Source: a virus
Lineage: Duplodnaviria; Caudoviricetes
Virus record (IMG/VR): IMGVR_UViG_3300020442_000146
Coordinates: 1-50,498 of that record
Reading direction: 5' to 3' (one strand)
DNA: 50,498 bases
Under the pieces are notes generated by a model. That model was not told the origin of the DNA. It did no database searches and worked only from the letters and a program-made list of their open reading frames with translations. Positions 19,710-27,112 of this stretch are shown piece after piece. Both the position numbers and the translations under genes were made by a program. Numbering within the stretch: the first letter of the stretch is position 1; the number at the start of each line of letters is the position of its first letter.

Positions 19710-20329
19710 TAGTACGCCCTCACCCTCATGCGCCGACCAGTACCGCCAAACTTAGCTTGGTCACTTTCACGATTTATACCATCAATTGAAGATTGATACA
19801 ACGCAGCCCATGTTGTTGTGCGATTATCTTCCTGCAAATAAGGCGCAGAATGAACAAGTGACCCATATAAATAAACATCAGGAAAATTAGTAAGAATAGC
19901 ATTGGTTGTCTGTGACGCGCTCAAAGACGGTATCTTTGCATAATAATTTAACTCTATGCCGTAACTACCATCTGGCGTTGGGTATATTTCTATCTCACCC
20001 TGCGTAATAGAATAAAAACTAGGCTTGCCAGATGTATCCAGGTTATCCCTGCGGCGCTGCTGCATCTCAAACTGAGAAATAAGCTCAATTGGCCTATAGT
20101 CACCTGTCTCAATATGCGCCCTAATTGGCTCAAGAAAATCAGTCGGTAAAGCATTATATTGAGAACTAATCGTAGCAGACGCCCTGTTCTCCATGCGCCA
20201 ATGCCTAACCTTACGGTTCATGTCAGTTTCAGCCATCTTAATAAAATCAGGTATAACTGAGGTTAAGTCACTGCGATTTAAAAAATCCGCAACACTAGCT
20301 TTTAGTTCGTCATAAGTTGATAACGCCAT
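19709..20329 (-). CDS. Head-tail adaptor protein
   Basis: TYDELKASVADFLNRSDLT..IPDFI..AE, YPTPD and PDVYLYGSL motifs. Confidence 0.75.
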   Translation of the reverse strand: MALSTYDELKASVADFLNRSDLTSVIPDFIKMAETDMNRKVRHWRMENRASATISSQYNALPTDFLEPIRAHIETGDYRPIELISQFEMQQRRRDNLDTSGKPSFYSITQGEIEIYPTPDGSYGIELNYYAKIPSLSASQTTNAILTNFPDVYLYGSLVHSAPYLQEDNRTTTWAALYQSSIDGINRESDQAKFGGTGRRMRVRAY

Positions 20330-20596
20330 CTAACAATTCCATCTTCTACGCGCAGCCTTACCACGCTCACCTGTCCAGCCTCTAGACCTAGCGCAAAAAG
20401 ACTTCTTACGAGCCTTCTCTTTTGCAGTTAAATTTTTCTTTTTCGTTACAGCCGTTTTAAGCTTTGATCCAGGGTTAGCACGCCTATGCGCCGCTACACC
20501 CTTTGCAGTCATACCAGCGCCCTCTTTTACAGAGCGGTAATTACGACCCTTGCCTTTGGTCGTCTTCCGTATAGCTTTCTCAGGCTTTCGTGGCAT
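20330..20596 (-). CDS. Basic hypothetical protein (DUF6321-like)
   Basis: GMTAKGVAAHRRANPGSKLKTAVT...RKKSFCAR...WNC. Confidence 0.7.
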   Translation of the reverse strand: MPRKPEKAIRKTTKGKGRNYRSVKEGAGMTAKGVAAHRRANPGSKLKTAVTKKKNLTAKEKARKKSFCARSRGWTGERGKAARRRWNC

Positions 20597-21441
20597 TAGG
20601 GGCGAAAACCTTTATACATAGGCCCATCAAGTGTTGTTGGCGGCAATAAGTAATTATATACTTGATTCATTGCTGACGGTCCTAACCTAGCCTCATTTGC
20701 GTTAGGCCCATACATAGCTGGATCAAGCAAAGCAATTCTCTCAGAATATAAACGTAAGAGGGGGGCCATGTCCTCTTCAGTTCCGCCAGCTTGCCTAACA
20801 GCGTCTATGCGCCTCTGAAGATCAGCTAACGCCATATCTTGGGTTGTAACTCCAGATGGATCAGCAGGCATAGAGCCAGCAGGCTGCTGACCAAAACTCA
20901 TACTTGGCATTGACCCTGCTGGCTGTTGACCAAACTGCATACTATTATCAGATCTAGCCATAGGCATATCATAAGTTGGCCCAGCAAATGGGTTTGGAGT
21001 GTTATTAAAAGGCACGCCACTAACCTCATCTGGCATAACTGGTGGCGTATTGTTAAATGGAACACCACTCACTTCATCTGGCATGGTTTGCGTTGGCCTA
21101 ATTCTTGGCCTCACTGGGCCACCAGCCACTGCTTGCTGAATAGGGGATGTTGTAGGCCCACCAAAAGCACGCTCACGCTGAGAGCCATACGGACTAATAC
21201 CAATGTTATTCAATATCTGGCTAAGAGGTCCACCAGCAAACTCATCACCACGACCATCACGGTCTCCACCGTCAATCATATCTATAAAGGCAGGAACGTA
21301 ACGCCTGTTTGCCTCATCGAAATACCCAAACTTACCATCAGCATTGGCCTTCTTACGATCAGCAGCAGACGTATTTTCAAACTTACGGCTACCCTTGTCC
21401 TTGCCCATACCCTTCTTTTTAATCTCTTTAGGTTCAGCCAT
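20596..21441 (-). CDS. Pro/Gly/Met-rich hypothetical protein with internal repeats
   Basis: 281 aa with MPDEVSGVPFNNTP x2 and FGQQPAGSMP x2. TAATG-coupled on both sides. Confidence 0.65.
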   Translation of the reverse strand: MAEPKEIKKKGMGKDKGSRKFENTSAADRKKANADGKFGYFDEANRRYVPAFIDMIDGGDRDGRGDEFAGGPLSQILNNIGISPYGSQRERAFGGPTTSPIQQAVAGGPVRPRIRPTQTMPDEVSGVPFNNTPPVMPDEVSGVPFNNTPNPFAGPTYDMPMARSDNSMQFGQQPAGSMPSMSFGQQPAGSMPADPSGVTTQDMALADLQRRIDAVRQAGGTEEDMAPLLRLYSERIALLDPAMYGPNANEARLGPSAMNQVYNYLLPPTTLDGPMYKGFRP

Positions 21442-21560
21442 TACTTCTTACCCTTCTTTTTTCTGCTCAATTTTCTTAAATCTGCACCTGTGATCTTCTT
21501 ACGTGGCGGAGCTACGGCTGCAAGCTTTTTTTGCTTTGGGCTATATTTTTTATACGGCAT
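21441..21560 (-). CDS. Basic micro-protein (39 aa, not in ORF track)
   Basis: MPYKKYSPKQKKLAAVAPPRKKITGADLRKLSRKKKGKK, TAATG overlaps at both ends. Confidence 0.65.
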   Translation of the reverse strand: MPYKKYSPKQKKLAAVAPPRKKITGADLRKLSRKKKGKK

Positions 21561-21790
21561 TACTTTTTACCCCTCTTACTCTTCGTTTTCCAACTTATCC
21601 TAGCTGGACCTGTCTTACGTTTAGCCGCCCTCTTAGCAGAGGCGGAACTTGCCTTACTTTTAGGACGGCAAGCAGGGTAAGGTCTACCTTTATCTTTCTT
21701 GCCGCTCCTACCGCACTTTTTGCCAGTTTTAACATCGCGCCAATCTTCCTTAAACCACTTGGTCAAACCACCTTTTGGCTTTCTAGCCAT
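21560..21790 (-). CDS. Basic hypothetical protein
   Basis: GLTKWFKEDW.DVKTGK.CGR...YPACRP. Confidence 0.7.
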   Translation of the reverse strand: MARKPKGGLTKWFKEDWRDVKTGKKCGRSGKKDKGRPYPACRPKSKASSASAKRAAKRKTGPARISWKTKSKRGKK

Positions 21791-21951
21791 TAGTACCTAC
21801 CACCGCGCTTCTTATATTCTCTCACCAACCATGCATTCGCATACGCAGAAGGATAAACCTTAAACTTACGCTTTGCCGCAGCCTTTACCCTAGCGTAAAG
21901 AGCAGGGTTTTTTGGCGTTGGGCTAGACGATTTTTTAGCTTTTTTTGCCAT
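21790..21951 (-). CDS. Basic micro-protein (53 aa, DUF5872-like, not in ORF track)
   Basis: PKNPALYARVKAAAKRKFKVYPSAYANAWLVREYKKRGGRY, TAATG-coupled. Confidence 0.7.
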   Translation of the reverse strand: MAKKAKKSSSPTPKNPALYARVKAAAKRKFKVYPSAYANAWLVREYKKRGGRY

Positions 21952-22046
21952 TATTTACCAAACTTTTTAGCTAAACACTGACCTGCTCTTTTGCACCCCT
22001 CTTTTGTGGGGCAACCAGGGCATGGTTTAAACTTGTTTCCATGCAT
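21951..22046 (-). CDS. Cys-containing basic micro-protein (31 aa, not in ORF track)
   Basis: MHGNKFKPCPGCPTKEGCKRAGQCLAKKFGK, TAATG-coupled. Confidence 0.55.
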   Translation of the reverse strand: MHGNKFKPCPGCPTKEGCKRAGQCLAKKFGK

Positions 22047-22084
22047 TACTTTTTCCTTCCGCCTTTTTTCTTTCCATAGCCCAT
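22046..22084 (-). CDS. 12-aa basic peptide (not in ORF track)
   Basis: MGYGKKKGGRKK preceded by AAGGAGATAGTC RBS, TAATG-coupled to the next ORF. Confidence 0.45.
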   Translation of the reverse strand: MGYGKKKGGRKK

Positions 22085-22115
22085 GACTATCTCCTTTTTT
22101 ATGCAACGTAACACA

Positions 22116-23531
22116 TTATGCGATCCCACGCAAATTGCGTTTTATCTCCCCTCGCCAACTATTAAACGCACCAGATAACGCCGTTGCAGCGTCACTCGCC
22201 ATCGTCAAACACAAAGCATCCGCTAAATCAGGCGACTGCAAACCACGCTTACGCATCTCATCCTTACTCTCAGCCTTCATCTTGCCTGACGATGTAAAAC
22301 TATACCTAATACCCGTTAACTCAGCCAGCAACTGATCATCTTTCGGTAACTTACACGCACGATCCTCAAACCAAGCTTTCGTCTTAAACCACAACTCACT
22401 CCGCAAATTTAAATATGTGCCACCCATACTAGGCGCTTCTGCAACGTTTACGCCGCGCACTGGCAAGCCTAACTCGCGCAACCTATCAACCACACCAGAA
22501 CCTATACCAATGCTATCCACAAGTATCTCTCTGGGCTGCTTAGACGGCGCTAAAGCCTCATATTCAGCCACAACCCTACCCACAGTCTGCATCAAGTCCA
22601 ACCCAGACCAAGACCTAATCTCAGTCACAACAGAACCTTGACGCTTACACAGCGCCGTTTTGTCATTACCAAACCGACTAACGTCCAAACCCCACACACT
22701 TGGCAGGTCTTCATCACCCTTAATATCACGATGTATTGCAGTCTCTACTAAATGAAACGGTATAATCGTGTCATCATCTGCTTGAGGAAACTCGCCTAAC
22801 ACTCTGATCCTAAACGCATTACTGTCTTCGCCATAGCGCAACTTCATCTCTTCAACAAACTCGTCACTCACCAAAGGACTATCCACACATGACCAACGCC
22901 TTGTCCACCAGCTACCAGCCATGCGCGTTTGACTCTCAAAAAACGTGCCACTAGACCTAGTGGGGTTACTCAACATAATCGTGGTCGCATTATGACCAGA
23001 CATAGAACCAGCAGCAGCCTCAAACACCTGCTCTGGCACACCAGATGCCTCATCAACAATCAACATAACATGCTCAGAGTGTACACCAGCTAACGCCTCT
23101 GGTGTCTCTGCACGACTTGTCCTAGCAGAAATAAACATCTCACTCGGCGCAGCAGTATGCTCAACACGGTCAGACTTCACGTTTAACACCTCGTGAAACG
23201 CTTTAGGCAACTCATTGATCCACCGCTTCATCTCAGCAAACAATGCATCAAACAACTGGCTAGACGTAGGGGCAGTCACCACAACCTTATTCGGATAATG
23301 CATCAAAAAATACCACAACATAGCCCAAGACGCCGCCGTAGACTTACCCGTACCATGCCCAGAACGAATGCTAATCTTACGCTCACCAGACGCTATGGCT
23401 TCCAAAAACTCAGCCTGGTAATCCAAAGGCTCAACACCTAACACCTCACGCACAAACAATGTAGGCTTCCTAGCGTAACGCTGGGTAAACTCTATCATCG
23501 TGTTCTGCGATAAATCATTCATGCTCAACAA
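22116..23531 (-). CDS. terL: Terminase large subunit
   Basis: Walker A SGHGTGKS, Walker B LIVDEASG, nuclease motifs GLDVSRFGND and SPDLADAL. Confidence 0.95.
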   Translation of the reverse strand: MLSMNDLSQNTMIEFTQRYARKPTLFVREVLGVEPLDYQAEFLEAIASGERKISIRSGHGTGKSTAASWAMLWYFLMHYPNKVVVTAPTSSQLFDALFAEMKRWINELPKAFHEVLNVKSDRVEHTAAPSEMFISARTSRAETPEALAGVHSEHVMLIVDEASGVPEQVFEAAAGSMSGHNATTIMLSNPTRSSGTFFESQTRMAGSWWTRRWSCVDSPLVSDEFVEEMKLRYGEDSNAFRIRVLGEFPQADDDTIIPFHLVETAIHRDIKGDEDLPSVWGLDVSRFGNDKTALCKRQGSVVTEIRSWSGLDLMQTVGRVVAEYEALAPSKQPREILVDSIGIGSGVVDRLRELGLPVRGVNVAEAPSMGGTYLNLRSELWFKTKAWFEDRACKLPKDDQLLAELTGIRYSFTSSGKMKAESKDEMRKRGLQSPDLADALCLTMASDAATALSGAFNSWRGEIKRNLRGIA

Positions 23532-24003
23532 CCTTCATCTTGCGCAAAGCATCTAAATGCAAATCACCAATGTTAATATTAATCTGCTGCTGGTTGCGCC
23601 CACCATACTTCTCAGGGTTCCAATTAGACGCCGCTAAATTGTGCTGACCAACCTTTTGCTTGAGTAAACCCAAGTCAACCTGACTAACGTTAGCCTCACT
23701 AATGTCACGATCCCCATTCAAGGCTTCCATAATCTCGCGCTGCCTGCGCTCACTAACCTCAGAGATAACCTCAAAGCCAGCCTCAAAATGAGCATCAGCC
23801 GCCGCACGCCTAGCCTCGTCTATCGCAGCCGTTAACTCAGGATCACGCAAAATCATATTACGCAAAGAGCCAGCATGAACATCCAAATCTTTCGCTAAAC
23901 TAGAAATAGAGTTACCTTCTAACACCCACTCACGAAGATACTCACCGCCACCCCTGCGCTTAATCTCAGCAAGCGTTCTTTTTACCATCGGCCTACCAGC
24001 CAT
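23515..24003 (-). CDS. terS: Terminase small subunit
   Basis: Directly upstream of terL. MAGRP start, HTH-like N-terminus, NPEKYG motif. Confidence 0.75.
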   Translation of the reverse strand: MAGRPMVKRTLAEIKRRGGGEYLREWVLEGNSISSLAKDLDVHAGSLRNMILRDPELTAAIDEARRAAADAHFEAGFEVISEVSERRQREIMEALNGDRDISEANVSQVDLGLLKQKVGQHNLAASNWNPEKYGGRNQQQININIGDLHLDALRKMKVVEHE

Positions 24004-24250
24004 ACTGCACCTCATTTTTGCAGGATTTTAGCATGATAGTTTGCAAAAGCAATACGGGGGGTGGGGTGGGGTTGCTGGGAGGTAAAATTTGTCTGCAATG
24101 GGAAAATACTTCGAAATTAGAACGCAACCCCTACCAAACACTGTAACACAAAATTTTATGTGTGGGAATGTATAATAATAATAGGGGTAGGCAGGGGGTC
24201 AGACGGGGGGGTCAAAGCAAAAAACAAGCCAAAAACGGTGGAGCTATGCA

Positions 24251-24278
24251 TATTCCGATAATAAATATTATGTTAATT
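24251..24278 (+). promoter_or_regulatory. dif-like XerC/XerD recombination site
   Basis: TATTCCGATAA-TAAATA-TTATGTTAATT. 11-6-11 layout with XerD arm TTATGTTAA as in E. coli dif. Confidence 0.7.
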
Positions 24279-24512
24279 AATTTAGCGCTATCTTGCTAAG
24301 TGTTTGATATTGTTTAACTAATTTGGATTTTGTAAAATTATGCTGCGCTGCAAATACTATGCACTGAGCGAATACCACAACATGTTGTGTTTGCAAACGC
24401 AGCAAAAAGCTTGACTTTTGCGCCGCAATGCAGCACGCGCACGCACGCACGCGACCGATTCATTTAATGTCTGATTTGTTCGTTTTTCTTTTTATTTATC
24501 TCTAAATATTTC

Positions 24513-24541
24513 TTTACAATATCTTTGTAATATATTAGAGT
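24513..24541 (+). promoter_or_regulatory. Putative sigma70 promoter for early genes
   Basis: TTTACA-N17-TAGAGT upstream of the first plus-strand gene. Confidence 0.45.
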
Positions 24542-24573
24542 GATTCGTATAAAGACAAACAAACGAGGACAAA

Positions 24574-24792
24574 ATGAAATATAAATCTGGTCAATTAACA
24601 AATGGTAAGTATGCCGTATTCGCTGGCTCTAAGTATTTTACAGACACAATTACAGACACCAAAGACAAGGCAGATAAGCTTGCAATTGTTGAATCTTTAC
24701 TTTGGCATCAACGACAAATGGACAAGCTTAAATTAGTAGCTGACAAATCAGGACACTTTAAAGGCGAAAATATAGATGACTGGCTTGCCTGA
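24574..24792 (+). CDS. Early hypothetical protein
   Basis: 72 aa, GAGG RBS. Confidence 0.65.
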   Translation: MKYKSGQLTNGKYAVFAGSKYFTDTITDTKDKADKLAIVESLLWHQRQMDKLKLVADKSGHFKGENIDDWLA

Positions 24793-24874
24793 TGTATCGC
24801 TTAGAAGCGCGGCAACGCGCTTCCTTGCCATGCATCAAAGCATGAACAACCAAAACAAACGAGGATTAGACAAA

Positions 24875-25336
24875 ATGACAAACTTATTACAAATAGCACA
24901 CGAAATAAAAAACACATGTGAAGCAAGTGACCCTGTAGAAATACGGGAAGCTGTAACGATGATTGCACCCTGCAAAATGTCGCAAGGTGATGATGATGTG
25001 AGAGTGACACTTGACGGTTGCGAATGGCGTTTTATTCGAGAGGATGCGATTGACAGCATCATGCAAGATGAACTGGCTAGTGATGAATATATTCTAGGCT
25101 GTTTTACTGACTGGTTTTTAGCTGACGTTTTAGACATTGATATTGATGTTATTCAGGCAATGCAAAAAGCTGAGGCTTTCGAGGCACTAGGTAAGCTTGT
25201 AATAAGCAATGGTAAACTTGAAGAACTGCAAGAAAAGTATGTAAGCACTGACGGTTACGGTCATCATTTTGGACATTATGACGGTTACGAGTACGAGCTT
25301 AAGAGTCAGCCTTATTACGCTTTTAAGTTGGGTTGA
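24875..25336 (+). CDS. Early acidic hypothetical protein
   Basis: Likely start MTNLLQ at 24875 after GAGGATTAGACAAA. DGYGHHFGHYDG motif. Confidence 0.7.
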   Translation: MTNLLQIAHEIKNTCEASDPVEIREAVTMIAPCKMSQGDDDVRVTLDGCEWRFIREDAIDSIMQDELASDEYILGCFTDWFLADVLDIDIDVIQAMQKAEAFEALGKLVISNGKLEELQEKYVSTDGYGHHFGHYDGYEYELKSQPYYAFKLG

Positions 25337-25545
25337 TAGCTATGGACTACACAACAGATAAATTTGAAGTGGATTACTGGCAAGGCGTGTTAGTGTTCAC
25401 TAACAAAGAGACAACAGAAACTAGGGTTTTAAAGCTTTATAAGAACAACAGACTTGCAACCCTAAACGAGTTTAAAAGCGGTATTAAATCGCATGGTTTA
25501 GAAAGAGCTTGTGAAACGTTCTTTAAAATAGCCGCAACACAATAG
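25333..25545 (+). CDS. Early hypothetical protein
   Basis: About 70 aa, co-directional in the cluster. Confidence 0.55.
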   Translation: MIAMDYTTDKFEVDYWQGVLVFTNKETTETRVLKLYKNNRLATLNEFKSGIKSHGLERACETFFKIAATQ

Positions 25546-25556
25546 GAGTTTAGACA

Positions 25557-25898
25557 ATGAAAGACCTTGTTCGAATACCGCAACGCTTCAGCATTGATTG
25601 TGCAGAGTGTGATTGTGAAACACCAGAACCAGTGAAGACAACGAAAACGCATTACTGGATAAGCACAGAACGCAACGAGCAAATGAACGAATTAATAAGT
25701 AGGGCGTTGTTTTACGCCAATTCGTCAATGTTTGATAATTACTACATAGGGCTTTGTAATTCAGCAAAAGCAACACTCAAAGCACTACACAAAGCAAATG
25801 TTTTAAATGATCAAGAAATAGCCATGTGCCGTCGTGAGTTTAGCTATCCACCATATGACATGAGCAACGCAAAAGACCGCGCCGCATTAGGAACATAG
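25557..25898 (+). CDS. Early hypothetical protein
   Basis: 113 aa, AGGAG RBS. Confidence 0.6.
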   Translation: MKDLVRIPQRFSIDCAECDCETPEPVKTTKTHYWISTERNEQMNELISRALFYANSSMFDNYYIGLCNSAKATLKALHKANVLNDQEIAMCRREFSYPPYDMSNAKDRAALGT

Positions 25899-25903
25899 AC
25901 AAA

Positions 25904-26038
25904 ATGAAACATTATCTAAAAGAGTTAAAGCATGAGCGCTGGACAATAGTAGCTTTTTTACTGGCCGTAGCTCTTATCTTATACGCGCCAACACTAAGTA
26001 AATACTTTGCAGAATTTATGCTTAACATATTGTATTGA
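25904..26038 (+). CDS. Small membrane protein (44 aa, not in ORF track)
   Basis: MKHYLKELKHERWTIVAFLLAVALILYAPTL..., preceded by the TAGACAAAATG leader. Confidence 0.5.
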   Translation: MKHYLKELKHERWTIVAFLLAVALILYAPTLSKYFAEFMLNILY

Positions 26039-26097
26039 TATTATGTCAATAATATGTTTACAATATTACATAACGAATCAAACGAGGATTAGACAAA

Positions 26098-26361
26098 ATG
26101 AGAATTAAACTAGATCAATGGGAATTAATGAAAGCTTTAGAAGGATACTTTAGCGAGAAGAATATTAATTTTGACTTAACCAACACTTATACAGAAATGC
26201 ACGCCCAAGTTACTGAAGACATAAGGCAGCACAAAAAACATAAGAACGGTAAAGTTGTGAAAAACCAATACGGCTATCCAGAATGGGAAACAGTAGGACA
26301 AGAAACAAAGTCTGTTCACATTAAAGAATATGACGAAATAGAGATTTTTGTGGAGTGCTAG
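26098..26361 (+). CDS. Early hypothetical protein
   Basis: 87 aa, preceded by the 22-nt repeated leader. Confidence 0.65.
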   Translation: MRIKLDQWELMKALEGYFSEKNINFDLTNTYTEMHAQVTEDIRQHKKHKNGKVVKNQYGYPEWETVGQETKSVHIKEYDEIEIFVEC

Positions 26362-26363
26362 TT

Positions 26364-26504
26364 ATGACTAAGCAAGAACTAATTTCAATCATTCACGACG
26401 CCTTGAGAAAGACCGATGTAGATTGCGAACGGCTAACCGACTTTGAGCAAGATACAGATGAAATCGTAATGCGCTTTTTTCACGTCGATGAAGAAGAAGA
26501 ATAA
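26364..26504 (+). CDS. Small acidic protein (46 aa, not in ORF track)
   Basis: MTKQELISIIHDALRKTDVD...EEEE, GGAG RBS. Confidence 0.5.
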   Translation: MTKQELISIIHDALRKTDVDCERLTDFEQDTDEIVMRFFHVDEEEE

Positions 26505-26534
26505 AATTTCCTCGTAGCTGTAAAGCTAACAACT

Positions 26535-26562
26535 AAGCCCGATTAATCGTCGGGCTTTTTTT
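26535..26562 (+). terminator. Intrinsic terminator ending the early cluster
   Basis: AAGCCCGA-TTAATCG-TCGGGCTT followed by a T run, at the convergence point. Confidence 0.75.
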
Positions 26563-26767
26563 CTGCGCCGCTACCGTAGACTCTACGTAACAAACTCAAA
26601 GCTTCATAGCTTACGTGTAATAAATCTTTAGGCGGTATAGTTCCTAGGTGTTTGCCATCTAACCACAAGCGCAAGCCATCGCTATAAACGCTCCACCTTA
26701 TTTCGCTTGTTTTTTTAATATCTCTGCTTTTCTCCACAGTATCGCCTTTTTTTGTTCTTCGCTCCAT
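26543..26767 (-). CDS. Hypothetical protein
   Basis: 74 aa, last gene of the replication operon. Confidence 0.5.
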   Translation of the reverse strand: MERRTKKGDTVEKSRDIKKTSEIRWSVYSDGLRLWLDGKHLGTIPPKDLLHVSYEALSLLRRVYGSGAEKKPDD

Positions 26768-26955
26768 TTGGGTAAATCAACCTGAAGGACTGAGCGACGA
26801 TTGGCAAAGCCGCGCAATTCTTCGAGATCATCAATTGAGTTTAATTTGTCGGCAAACATTAGTAACGGTTTTATTTGGCTATCACCATGAGGATAAGCTT
26901 TTGCTTTGCCCTCATTTATTTTTGTCTGCAAACTCTTAGGAAATTCTTTTTTCAT
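26698..26955 (-). CDS. Hypothetical protein
   Basis: Part of ORF 26698..27033, likely start MKKEFPK at 26955. Confidence 0.55.
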   Translation of the reverse strand: MKKEFPKSLQTKINEGKAKAYPHGDSQIKPLLMFADKLNSIDDLEELRGFANRRSVLQVDLPKWSEEQKKAILWRKAEILKKQAK

Positions 26956-27112
26956 TTTTTCGCTAATATTTATACTACTAATACTAAACCTAGGGTGTTT
27001 AGTATAGTAGTAGTCATTAATATTTATATTCATTATTACTACTATTATATACTAAAACTACTTTTTTTATACCGTAACCCTTTGTTTTTATTACATTTGC
27101 ATTTTAGTATGT

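Noticed and set aside
726-21793. Plus-strand ORFs across the structural module (e.g. 2287..2691, 8366..8797, 20926..21603)
   Set aside because: They are antisense shadows of well-supported minus-strand genes.
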